This document shows positions 18,329-27,321 of a stretch of 64,000 nt of DNA, piece by piece (position 1 is the first letter of the stretch; each line of letters opens with the position of its first letter). The translations under genes were made by a program, and so were the position numbers. Below the pieces are notes generated by a model. That model had not been told where the DNA came from. It saw nothing but the letters and a program-made list of their open reading frames with translations, and did no database searches. The stretch comes from Candidatus Daviesbacteria bacterium RIFCSPHIGHO2_02_FULL_43_12. GTDB lineage: Bacteria; Patescibacteriota; Microgenomatia; Daviesbacterales; UBA10151. Where the stretch lies: positions 126,053 through 190,052 of the forward strand of contig MFDD01000014.1 in assembly GCA_001776775.1 (NCBI GenBank). Reading direction: 5' to 3'.

Positions 18329-18645
18329 TTTGACTCACCAAACCAACCGTATATCGTCAAGTCTACCATGAAGGCGGGACTGACCACTACACCTTCCTGC
18401 TCTAACAGGGCTTTTTGCAACTGCTTGGGGTGATCCATACAGTTAATCGAGAGATAGCCTTCTCGATTAATCACTCGATGCCAGGGTAGCGGAGTTTTTT
18501 CATTGGTGTAGTGTAAGATTCCACCTACCAACCGGGCTCCTCTAGGCACCCCAGACAAAGTTGCTAATGTTCCATAGGTTGTAACTTTGCCGTAGGGAAC
18601 TTTTTTGACTAAGTTTATGACACGCTCTTTAAAAGCTAACATCAC
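18325..18645 (-). CDS. atl: Alkyltransferase-like protein (ATL; MGMT-fold DNA-binding domain with Trp replacing the acceptor Cys)
   Basis: VPYGKVTTYGTLA...PWHRVIN is the MGMT helix-turn-helix with PWHRV instead of PCHRV, as in Atl1/YbaZ. Confidence 0.6.
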   Translation of the reverse strand: MMLAFKERVINLVKKVPYGKVTTYGTLATLSGVPRGARLVGGILHYTNEKTPLPWHRVINREGYLSINCMDHPKQLQKALLEQEGVVVSPAFMVDLTIYGWFGESK

Positions 18646-18661
18646 CTAAATAAATTGAAAA

Positions 18662-18928
18662 TTATTGCTGTAGCAATGCGAGTAGGTCTGCTTTTGAAGT
18701 TACTCCAATTTTTCGTCCGACTTCTTTACCATCTTTTTCGATGACAAAAGTGGGGATACTCATTACCCCATATTTTTGAGAAACCTCCCCTTCTTCATCG
18801 ACGTTAATTCTCTTAAACTCGACCTCAGGAGACGCTTTTTCGATTTCATCAAGAACTGGGTTCATCATTTTACAAGGTCCACACCAGGGAGCCCAAAAGT
18901 CTAAAAGAGTAACCTTTGCCATAGACAT
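18662..18928 (-). CDS. trxA: Thioredoxin
   Basis: WAPWCGPCK active site, thioredoxin fold length (88 aa). Confidence 0.85.
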   Translation of the reverse strand: MSMAKVTLLDFWAPWCGPCKMMNPVLDEIEKASPEVEFKRINVDEEGEVSQKYGVMSIPTFVIEKDGKEVGRKIGVTSKADLLALLQQ

Positions 18929-18964
18929 CTATTCTACCTTTAGATCTTTCAAAAGGCAATATTT

Positions 18965-20839
18965 ATGATACCATACATCCATTCCATGCCCCCGACTGAT
19001 TTCCTAAATGATCTAAATCCTATCCAACAACAAGCCTGTCAGGCGACCGATGGACCATCCTTAATTTTGGCCGGAGCTGGCTCAGGTAAAACTCGGGTTT
19101 TAACTTACCGAGTAGCTTATTTAATGTCTCAAAAAAATATTTTGCCCGAGAATATCTTGGTAGTAACCTTTACCAATAAGGCCGCTCAGGAGATGAAAGA
19201 TCGGATTAAGCTATTAATTGGGCGAGCGGAGCAGCCGATCATGGGTACCTTTCACTCGATTTGCGCCCGGTTACTCCGCAAGGAAGGGTATCAGGTTGGA
19301 CTTAAACCTGGGTTTTCTATCTATGACGAAAACGACGCCCTCGATGCGATCAAGGAAGCCATGGCCACTTTGGCGATTGATGTTAAGAAAACTTCACCCT
19401 CTTCTATTCGCTACACTATCTCTGGAGCTAAAAACGAAAATATTGCAGATACTGAATACCCTCAATTCGCCAGAGGGTATTTTCAGGAAACTGTGGCCAA
19501 AGTTTACTTGGAATATCAGAAGATTCTGCGGCGTAATCAGGCCTTAGATTTTGATGACCTGATTATGTACACCATCCGGCTTTTTCAATCTGTACCAGAG
19601 GTTTTGCATAAATACCAAACTCAGTTTAGATATATCTTGGTTGACGAATACCAGGATACTAACGCTACTCAGTACCTATTAATAAAACTGCTCGCCGCGC
19701 GCAATCGGAATGTTTGTGTCATCGGCGATGCAGCACAGAGTATTTATTCATTTAGAGGCGCTGACTTTCGAAATATCATCAACTTTCAGAAAGATTATAA
19801 AGAGGCTAAAGTCTTTAATCTAGAACAAAACTACCGCTCGACTCAAATCATCTTAGACGCTGCTCATGCTGTAGTTAGCACCAACAAGTCCCACCCAATC
19901 TTAAATCTCTGGACCAATAAAAAAGAAGGTGCAAAAATTACTGTCTATCAAGCACGGTCAGAAGTTGATGAAGCTAATTTCGTCATCGATGAAACAAAAA
20001 AATCCAAACTTCCCTATGCTCATTTTGCCATTCTTTATCGAACTAATGCTCAGTCCCGTTCATTGGAGGAGGCTTTCTTAAAAAACGCTATCCCCTACAC
20101 TTTGGTTGGAGGACTGAAGTTTTATGAACGCAAAGAGATTAAGGATGTGCTGTCGTATCTTCGACTAATTGCTAATCCAGAGGACAGCATTGCTCGTAAG
20201 AGGATCGAGAAAATTGGCTTAAAAAGAGCCTTGAAATTTGATCAGCTACTCACCGAGATCCTATCTACTATCACTCAGTTTTCCACCTTAGAGTTAATGG
20301 AGCTTCTGTTGCAAGCCACCGATTACTTAGCCACTATTGACGATGGCACCGAGCAGGGTATGGCCCGAGCAGAGAATGTTAAGGAGCTAAAGTCGGTGGC
20401 GGAAGAATTTCCAGACCTGTTGGCCTTTTTGGAAAATGTAGCTTTGGTTCAAGACAATACTATGCCCGACGGTAAACTCAGTGAAGACAAAAAAAATGCT
20501 GTAACGCTGATGACTATTCATGCTTCCAAGGGCTTGGAGTTTCCAGTAATATTTTTGGTAGGGATGGAGGAAGGACTGTTTCCTCATTCTCGGTCGATGC
20601 TTGACCCAGAAGCAATGGAGGAAGAACGGCGCTTGGCGTATGTGGGTATTACCAGAGCCAAAGAACGGCTGTATTTCATCTATACCCGCTCAAGGTTGTA
20701 TTTTGGAACCCGTTCCAATAACCTGGTCTCTCGTTTCCTAGCCTCTATCCCAGAATCTTTACTGGACGGAAGCAAAGGTTATAGTGATGCTGTTGACGAT
20801 GACATCTATCCTACGCAAGAAGATGAGTGGCTAAATTAG
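18965..20839 (+). CDS. pcrA: ATP-dependent DNA helicase PcrA/UvrD family
   Basis: LNPIQQQA...LILAGAGSGKTRVLTYRVAYL (motifs Q, I, Ia), VDEYQDTN (motif II), GDAAQSIYSFRGA (III), TIHASKGLEFPVIFL (VI-like). Confidence 0.85.
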   Translation: MIPYIHSMPPTDFLNDLNPIQQQACQATDGPSLILAGAGSGKTRVLTYRVAYLMSQKNILPENILVVTFTNKAAQEMKDRIKLLIGRAEQPIMGTFHSICARLLRKEGYQVGLKPGFSIYDENDALDAIKEAMATLAIDVKKTSPSSIRYTISGAKNENIADTEYPQFARGYFQETVAKVYLEYQKILRRNQALDFDDLIMYTIRLFQSVPEVLHKYQTQFRYILVDEYQDTNATQYLLIKLLAARNRNVCVIGDAAQSIYSFRGADFRNIINFQKDYKEAKVFNLEQNYRSTQIILDAAHAVVSTNKSHPILNLWTNKKEGAKITVYQARSEVDEANFVIDETKKSKLPYAHFAILYRTNAQSRSLEEAFLKNAIPYTLVGGLKFYERKEIKDVLSYLRLIANPEDSIARKRIEKIGLKRALKFDQLLTEILSTITQFSTLELMELLLQATDYLATIDDGTEQGMARAENVKELKSVAEEFPDLLAFLENVALVQDNTMPDGKLSEDKKNAVTLMTIHASKGLEFPVIFLVGMEEGLFPHSRSMLDPEAMEEERRLAYVGITRAKERLYFIYTRSRLYFGTRSNNLVSRFLASIPESLLDGSKGYSDAVDDDIYPTQEDEWLN

Positions 20840-20900
20840 TACATAGTTGTCAGTTCTCAGTTCACGGCCGAAGAAGTGGAATATCTGATATTATATCCAT

Positions 20901-21593
20901 GTGACCTCATTACTAGCTGGAATCTTACTTATTGGGCTAACCTTACTTTCCATTAATCAAACTCTTCCTGTTCCTAGAGTATCTGCTCAGGAAATTGCCC
21001 CGGTCGAAACTTTAACTCTTCCCCAGCCCATCGAAACTAAAACTGAGTTTAGTACCAAATTAATGACTGAGGTCATCTCTATTGACAAACCTATTCAAAC
21101 CCAGGACGACCCTGAAAAAGAAGTGGGTGAGGAAACTGTCCTAAATGATGGCGCTGATGGCAAGCTGACCAAGGTTATTAGAGTTACTTATCATTTGGAC
21201 CAAGAATACGAGAGGGAGTTAATCTCTTCCGAAACTATTGCTCCCAAGCCAAAGGTCATCTCTAAAGGTACAAAAATCGTTTGGAGAACTCTGGAAACTG
21301 TAGAGGGACCAATTCGCTACTGGAGAAAAATCCGGGTTTGGGCTACTCACTACGATTCACATTGCCTGGGATGCAATGACTGGACTGCTATTGGTATGCG
21401 TCAGGGCAAGGGTGTCATCGCTGTTGACCCAAAAGTAATTAAACTCCGCAGCCAGGTTTATATTCCTGGATATGGCAAGGCTGTAGCTGGGGATACAGGT
21501 GGCGCGATTAAAGGAAATATCATCGATCTGGGTTTTGAAGATGCTCGAACAGCTGGCTGGAGTGCAAGATTCGTGGATATCTATCTACTTTAG
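20901..21593 (+). CDS. Secreted G5/3D-domain protein (MltA-like 3D domain, cell-wall associated)
   Basis: Signal peptide. The C-terminal WATHYD...GKAVAGDTGGAIKGNIIDL is the 3D domain signature (DxGxAIxGxxID). Confidence 0.55.
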   Translation: MTSLLAGILLIGLTLLSINQTLPVPRVSAQEIAPVETLTLPQPIETKTEFSTKLMTEVISIDKPIQTQDDPEKEVGEETVLNDGADGKLTKVIRVTYHLDQEYERELISSETIAPKPKVISKGTKIVWRTLETVEGPIRYWRKIRVWATHYDSHCLGCNDWTAIGMRQGKGVIAVDPKVIKLRSQVYIPGYGKAVAGDTGGAIKGNIIDLGFEDARTAGWSARFVDIYLL

Positions 21594-22219
21594 GAGCCGC
21601 CGCCGAAGCTTAAAGAAGAGATCATCTGTTCAACCTGAGTGGAATAATCGTCTTTGCTAGTTGCTCTTGATCCAGTTGAAGAAACTCGATGAGTTACATC
21701 TAAACTGGCTGTTGCTCCGTTGACACACCAGCGGTAATTAATATCACCATTTGCCTTAGTGGTTTTACTGCGCAGAACTGCTAGGTTGCCGAGTTGAATA
21801 GTCTCTCCGGTACAAGACAATTGAATATTGCTAACCAGAAATGTAATTGGTTTAACTGCATAATCACACTTGACACCCAACTGTTCGGTTGGGTTGGTCG
21901 GATCAAATTCAAAATTCTGAGTATTGTTGCACTTAAGTAATCCCCAGGCTTCTGGATAATGCAGACTAAATCCTTCACCTGTGTAGGTTTTTGTACCGAC
22001 AACATTTTGAGGTGACTGTGTAGATGAATCTGTACCAGGCTCTGGAGAAGCAACTGGAACAGTTAATGATCCAGCCGAGGAAGGACTGGGGGTGGGTTTT
22101 CGAACTTGAGGTTTTTTGGCATTTTGGGAAGAGAAGTAAGCTACCCCAAAAACTATTGCCAGCAGTAAAATAATGATCCCACCAATTGCCATCAAGGCTC
22201 GCCTTTGGTCCATATCCAC
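21590..22219 (-). CDS. Membrane-anchored secreted hypothetical protein (Cys-containing)
   Basis: N-terminal TM (LMAIGGIIILLLAIVFGVAYF), a Pro/Ser-rich linker and several Cys in the ectodomain. No named family. Confidence 0.3.
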   Translation of the reverse strand: MDMDQRRALMAIGGIIILLLAIVFGVAYFSSQNAKKPQVRKPTPSPSSAGSLTVPVASPEPGTDSSTQSPQNVVGTKTYTGEGFSLHYPEAWGLLKCNNTQNFEFDPTNPTEQLGVKCDYAVKPITFLVSNIQLSCTGETIQLGNLAVLRSKTTKANGDINYRWCVNGATASLDVTHRVSSTGSRATSKDDYSTQVEQMISSLSFGGGS

Positions 22220-22309
22220 AATTTACCATAAACAGCCCATAATATCAAGTGAGGGGATGCCCTTTTATCTTGGGGGTCGGAAGTTCTCCGAAAAGGTTAT
22301 AATACAGTC

Positions 22310-23338
22310 ATGGATTTGCGACTTCTGGAGGAAAAAGACCAAACTACCTACGATAAACTGGTGACACATGTGATCCAATCTTGGCAGTGGGGAGAGTTCC
22401 GTAAAAGCCTAGGTTTACCCCTACTCCGTTTTGGCATCTTCGAAGAAGGTAAGATGGTGACCGCTTTTCAAATGACTCTGCATAAAATCCCTTTGACTAA
22501 CTCTTTTGTAGGATACCTCCCCAAGGGTCCTCGTCCAGATAAAGAACTTTCCAAAGCCCTGCAACAAATAGCTCAGGATTATCACTGCGCGTTTATTAAA
22601 ATTGAACCAAACATTATTGATGACGGAGAGCCATTCCGGGTCTATCCTACTTTCCTACCTTCCCCTAAACCGCTTTTTACCAAATTTAACTTTGTGCTAG
22701 ATCTTAGTCCTTCGGAAGACCAATTAATGGCTAATCTTCATCAAAAAACCCGCTATAACATTAGGTTAGCTCAGAAAAAAGGAGTCATTGTCGAAGAACG
22801 AACTGATGATCAAGCCTTAGAGATCTATTTAAAGCTATATTTTGAAACCACGACCAGGCAGGGCTATCATGGGCACAGTCCTGATTACCACCGCAAGGTC
22901 TGGCAGACTATGAAAGCCGCCGGCATGGCTCGGTTTTTGATTGCATTTTACAGCGAACCGGGAACTGATAACAGGCAACCTCTTACAGCCTGGATGCTTT
23001 TAAACTTTAAAGATACTTTGTATTATCCCTATGGAGGATCACTTCCTATTTATAGAGAGCTGATGCATTCTAATTTGGTTGCCTGGAAAGCGATTGAACT
23101 AGGGAAAAAACTCAAACTAAAACAGTTTGATATGTGGGGAGCCTTGGGACCTAACCCTAACCCCAAAAATCCTTGGTATGGATTTCATCGATTTAAGCAA
23201 GGATACGGCGGTAAACTAGTTGAATATATCGGAACTTATGACTTGGTTGTTGACCGATCGCTCTATTTTGCTTTTAATATTATTGATCGGCTAACCACGG
23301 TGAAAATATTTCTACTCAAACTTCTTAAAAAAGCCTAA
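22310..23338 (+). CDS. FemAB-family aminoacyl-tRNA-dependent peptidoglycan aminoacyltransferase
   Basis: 342 aa. The N-terminus QSWQWGEFRKSLG is typical of Fem/MurM family proteins, with a two-GNAT-like organisation. Confidence 0.55.
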   Translation: MDLRLLEEKDQTTYDKLVTHVIQSWQWGEFRKSLGLPLLRFGIFEEGKMVTAFQMTLHKIPLTNSFVGYLPKGPRPDKELSKALQQIAQDYHCAFIKIEPNIIDDGEPFRVYPTFLPSPKPLFTKFNFVLDLSPSEDQLMANLHQKTRYNIRLAQKKGVIVEERTDDQALEIYLKLYFETTTRQGYHGHSPDYHRKVWQTMKAAGMARFLIAFYSEPGTDNRQPLTAWMLLNFKDTLYYPYGGSLPIYRELMHSNLVAWKAIELGKKLKLKQFDMWGALGPNPNPKNPWYGFHRFKQGYGGKLVEYIGTYDLVVDRSLYFAFNIIDRLTTVKIFLLKLLKKA

Positions 23339-23341
23339 TTC

Positions 23342-23839
23342 ATGGAATTCACTATACTCACCTTTTTAATAGTGCTTTGTTTACTGGGCTTGTCCTGGTT
23401 TGCCGGCTCGGGTGCTCCTTATATACCCACTAAATATCCCAAACTAAAAGAACTCTTTAAACTAGCCGGCTTAAAACCTGATGATGACTTTTATGAACTG
23501 GGGTCGGGAGATGGTCGGGTGGTTTTGGTCGCCGCTCAAATGGGCGCGGAGAGTTTTGGTATCGAAGAATCTTGGCTACGGGTGTGGTGGTCTCGCTGGA
23601 AGGCCTATCAATTAAAATTATCTAACGCCCATTTTTTCCATGGCAGCATTTTTACCAGGCATTATTTCAGCGCAGAGGTAGTTTACATTTATATGCTTCC
23701 GGTTACAGTGGATCGATTAGAGCCGATTTTAAAAGAAGAGCTTAAGCCAGGAGCCAAAGTTATTACCCAAAAGTATCATTTCAAAAACTGGAAACCCACC
23801 AAAACTATCGATGACTTTTATATATACACTAAAACTTAA
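23342..23839 (+). CDS. Small SAM-dependent methyltransferase-like protein
   Basis: N-terminal TM, then YELGSGDGRVVLVAAQMGAESFGIE resembling methyltransferase motif I (ExGxGxG). Confidence 0.4.
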   Translation: MEFTILTFLIVLCLLGLSWFAGSGAPYIPTKYPKLKELFKLAGLKPDDDFYELGSGDGRVVLVAAQMGAESFGIEESWLRVWWSRWKAYQLKLSNAHFFHGSIFTRHYFSAEVVYIYMLPVTVDRLEPILKEELKPGAKVITQKYHFKNWKPTKTIDDFYIYTKT

Positions 23840-23927
23840 AGATCAATGATGTACCGGCTTACGTTACTTACAACATCCTTACTTCTTTATCACACTAACC
23901 CATAAGCAAAACAAGTAATATACGCTT

Positions 23928-24287
23928 GTGTCAACTTTAGTAACGCTTGTATTATTTGGAATACTTAGTGCTCTATTTGCCAATCAAAATACGGGCACAG
24001 CCACGTTACATTTAGGGTATATTACTCTCGCTAATATTCCTCTGTATTTAATAATTCTTGGGTCAATGTTATTTGGACTGCTGATGGCTTGGGTAATTAA
24101 TATTATTGAATCGGTACTAGTTTCTTTTCAAATTATGGGTAAAAATAGAGCGATCAAAGCTACCCAACAAGAGGTCGATGAGCTTTCGAAAAAGTTGCAA
24201 GAAGTGGAGATTGAAAATGCCCGGCTCAAAGGCGAGGATACAATGATCGTTAAAAAAACTATCGAAGATCAAACAGCCTTAAGCTAA
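23928..24287 (+). CDS. LapA/DUF1049-like small membrane protein
   Basis: Two TM helices followed by a coiled-coil tail (ATQQEVDELSKKLQEVEIENARLK), the LapA-domain architecture. Confidence 0.4.
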   Translation: MSTLVTLVLFGILSALFANQNTGTATLHLGYITLANIPLYLIILGSMLFGLLMAWVINIIESVLVSFQIMGKNRAIKATQQEVDELSKKLQEVEIENARLKGEDTMIVKKTIEDQTALS

Positions 24288-24294
24288 ACCGCCT

Positions 24295-27200
24295 TCAGAT
24301 CATCAATCCTCGTAGCTCACAATATTCGCAGGTCGGTTCTTGACACCGACGATCCCAGAAATCGAGATTAATAATTTCTTTAGCTACTTGCAAAATCATG
24401 GTTTCTAAAGTTGCGACCTGCTCGGAGGTTATCTCAAAACTTTCACTACGAATTTTACCCTTGACATCCGACTCGACAAAATCTATTACCCCTTCTTTCA
24501 TCTCCATTTTCCCTTGATAGTATTTATCAATTAGTAATTTATAAAAAACCAGCTGTCTTAAATAGTCTCCATTACTATCTCCAGTTTTTCCCTCTATCTC
24601 TCCTCTTGACCGAGGCTTACCTGTTTTAAAATCAAAGACTCTGACATGTCCTTTGGAATCTATTTTTTCAATCATATCGACAACTCCATTAATTATGACG
24701 TCGTCAGTTAGTCTAACTCCTTTAATTACCACTTCACTTTGCACTCCTTTATTCCAACGGGTAATTCTTTGGTCAAAGTAATTTTGTAATACTTTTTGAC
24801 CCTTCTTAAGCAGATCTTCAAAATCTTTTTCAGCTAGAGGCTCCCTTGCTAGGGCGTCGATAAATCCTTGAATGAGCAAGGTGTTGGAAGCGTCACCCTG
24901 GTTGAGATGATTAATATAGTTTTGCAGGGCTTTATGAATGGCTGTACCGAACATTCTGCTACGATCTTTAATCTCTGGTAAGAGCAGCAGGTTTCGATAA
25001 AAAAATCTCCATGGGCATTTTAAATAATTATTTAATCCACTAACTGACAAGCCTCTTTCCAGAAAAATCTCCTTAAAGAACTCCATATCCTTGACTCTTG
25101 ACTCTTGACTCTTGACTCTTGGTCTGAAAATTTGCTCTTTCCGAGAAGAAAAATCTTCTTGAAACGAAGTTGTATCCTCTATTCTCTTATACTTATCCTC
25201 TATTTCTCCTATAAACTGTGCGGGTAGCTGCTCTTTTCCCTCTAGGGATTTCGAGGAATAGGAGATAGTTACTCCCTTTTTGGCTCGAGTTAAGGCCACA
25301 TAAAACAACCGTCTCTCATCTTCATTTTGTTCAATGTCTATTCCTAATTTAAGCTTGACTCCAAAATATTCCCAGGGAATAGCAATACCCGAAGACCTTC
25401 TTCTCATGTTTCCCCAGTGACCATTAAAGCAATTAATAATATATACATATTCAAACTCCAAGCCTTTGGATTTATGAGCAGTCATCAGTCTGACGTAATC
25501 TTGTCGAGGGGTTTGGGTGGGACATTTAATTAAGATATCGTGTTCTTTGAGCAAATTTAAGTAAGCCAAAAAGTCTGTTAAATTAAACTGAGGATTTCTC
25601 ATCACTTGTAACTTAATCTCTTCAAAAAGAATAGTTAGCTTTTCGATAATCTCTATGGAACTAGGTTGAGTTAAAATGTAATCAAGAAGTTTTGAATCAT
25701 TGAGCACCGATACAAATAGAGTTTCGAGGTTATCGTTTTTACTTTGAATCTGCCAATTTTCCAGCAACTTATAAAACGTGGTTATTCCTTCTTTTTCTAT
25801 CCCAACCAAATTCAAAATCTCGGATTTAGTAACTATTTCAAAAACAGATAGCTTACTCGCTCTGGCATACTTCATTAATTTATACAGATCTAGGGGTTTA
25901 ATTCCTAAAAAATCAAGATGCAGCGCTGGTATAAGATAGGCATCTTCGCCGTAAAAAGCCACTGCTTCAAGAAGCATTAAAAACTTTCTAACAGATGCGT
26001 CAGCAAAAATATTTTGGTCGGCTTCAACACTATACTTGACTCCTGCCTGCTCTAAGACACTGGCTAAAATAATTAAATCCCGGTTATTTCGGGCTAGTAC
26101 TGCGATCTCTTTTGGAGCAATTCCAGCAGTTATTTTTTCTCCAATATCTTTGGCATAAAAGTAATACTCGCTGTAATAGTCGGTAAACTCTATAAGTCTG
26201 ATTGGCTCTTCCGGGTACTTGCTACTTGACTGCAAGGCAACTCTTTCCGGCATTAAATCTGAGATAATATTTATTTTTATAACCGATCCCGCAGCATCCA
26301 GAATAGTCTGAGTAGAACGATAATTAAAGTTTAGATTAATTAAGATTGCTTTAGGATAGAGCTTTTTGAAATATAAAAAATTCTCTAGGGATGCTCCTTG
26401 AAATCTGTAGATCGCTTGTTTTTCATCTCCCACTACAAAGAGATTAGGATTTTCATAAAAGTTGCACAGTAGCTCAACCAATTTATTTTGAGCAGTGTTG
26501 GTATCTTGATGTTCGTCGACTAAAATATATTGATATCTCTCCTGCAGACGAAGCAGCAATTCTTTGTTAGTAGATAGAGCTTTAACTACTTCCAGTAACA
26601 TATCATTAAAGTCGTAGAGTTTTTTTGTTTGCAGTGCTTGTTGATATGCTGTATATATAATAAGTAGCTCTTTTTGTTTATTTATATCTCGCAAAGTCTC
26701 TGAGTACTTGCCTTTCATCTGCCCTTTGTAGGCCCCCTTTTCGTGATACAGATCTTTGATAATTGCGAAATCTTTTTCTTGAGCGATAATCCCCTCAGCA
26801 AAATCCGTCACCGAGACTCCTTCTTTTTTTAAATCATTAATCGCCGATAAACTATATTTTAGATAATAGAGAGGATCTCCGAAGGGTTTAAGTAGCTCTA
26901 GCGAAGATTGATTGATGATCTCTTCTAGTAGTTGGATCTGTTCGATCTCCGTCATACTAGTAGCGGAAATCAGGTGCGGGAAATCTTCAGGATTATGTTT
27001 GATTACCTCACTTCCAAAAGAATGAAAGGTGGTAATCTCCACTTTGTAGGCCAAAGTACCAATAATTTCGGCTAAACGCTTGCGCATGGCTAGCACCGCT
27101 GAATCAGTAAAGGTTAGAGCTAAAATATTATCTGGATTAACCTGAGTTTGCAGTAATATATTGGCAATCCGCAGCGTCAGGATCTGAGTTTTGCCAGTCC

Positions 27201-27321
27201 CCGGACCAGCTATCACCATTACTGGACCTTCGATAGAGTCAACTGCCTGTTTCTGTTGTGGGTTCAAGTTCCTGTAAGCTTTTCTGAATTCAAAGGTTTC
27301 CATCTGTTTGGGGGTCTTCAA
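24295..27321 (-). CDS. UvrD-like helicase fused to a C-terminal PD-(D/E)XK (Cas4/AddB-like, FeS) nuclease domain
   Basis: N-terminal VMVIAGPGTGKTQILTLRIANIL and VDEHQDTN are helicase motifs. The C-terminal GVVDMIEKID...VFDFKTGK and YLRQLVFYKLL (QxxxY) are nuclease motifs. Cys ligands CPWRF...CQEPTCEYC fit a 4Fe-4S cluster. Confidence 0.65.
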   Translation of the reverse strand: MKTPKQMETFEFRKAYRNLNPQQKQAVDSIEGPVMVIAGPGTGKTQILTLRIANILLQTQVNPDNILALTFTDSAVLAMRKRLAEIIGTLAYKVEITTFHSFGSEVIKHNPEDFPHLISATSMTEIEQIQLLEEIINQSSLELLKPFGDPLYYLKYSLSAINDLKKEGVSVTDFAEGIIAQEKDFAIIKDLYHEKGAYKGQMKGKYSETLRDINKQKELLIIYTAYQQALQTKKLYDFNDMLLEVVKALSTNKELLLRLQERYQYILVDEHQDTNTAQNKLVELLCNFYENPNLFVVGDEKQAIYRFQGASLENFLYFKKLYPKAILINLNFNYRSTQTILDAAGSVIKINIISDLMPERVALQSSSKYPEEPIRLIEFTDYYSEYYFYAKDIGEKITAGIAPKEIAVLARNNRDLIILASVLEQAGVKYSVEADQNIFADASVRKFLMLLEAVAFYGEDAYLIPALHLDFLGIKPLDLYKLMKYARASKLSVFEIVTKSEILNLVGIEKEGITTFYKLLENWQIQSKNDNLETLFVSVLNDSKLLDYILTQPSSIEIIEKLTILFEEIKLQVMRNPQFNLTDFLAYLNLLKEHDILIKCPTQTPRQDYVRLMTAHKSKGLEFEYVYIINCFNGHWGNMRRRSSGIAIPWEYFGVKLKLGIDIEQNEDERRLFYVALTRAKKGVTISYSSKSLEGKEQLPAQFIGEIEDKYKRIEDTTSFQEDFSSRKEQIFRPRVKSQESRVKDMEFFKEIFLERGLSVSGLNNYLKCPWRFFYRNLLLLPEIKDRSRMFGTAIHKALQNYINHLNQGDASNTLLIQGFIDALAREPLAEKDFEDLLKKGQKVLQNYFDQRITRWNKGVQSEVVIKGVRLTDDVIINGVVDMIEKIDSKGHVRVFDFKTGKPRSRGEIEGKTGDSNGDYLRQLVFYKLLIDKYYQGKMEMKEGVIDFVESDVKGKIRSESFEITSEQVATLETMILQVAKEIINLDFWDRRCQEPTCEYCELRGLMI

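Noticed and set aside
25091-25125. Considered as a possible CRISPR or mini-array
   Set aside because: The units are 7 bp with no spacers, and the repeat is inside a CDS. It is a microsatellite and is reported as such above. No CRISPR-like repeat-spacer structure was found anywhere in the window.
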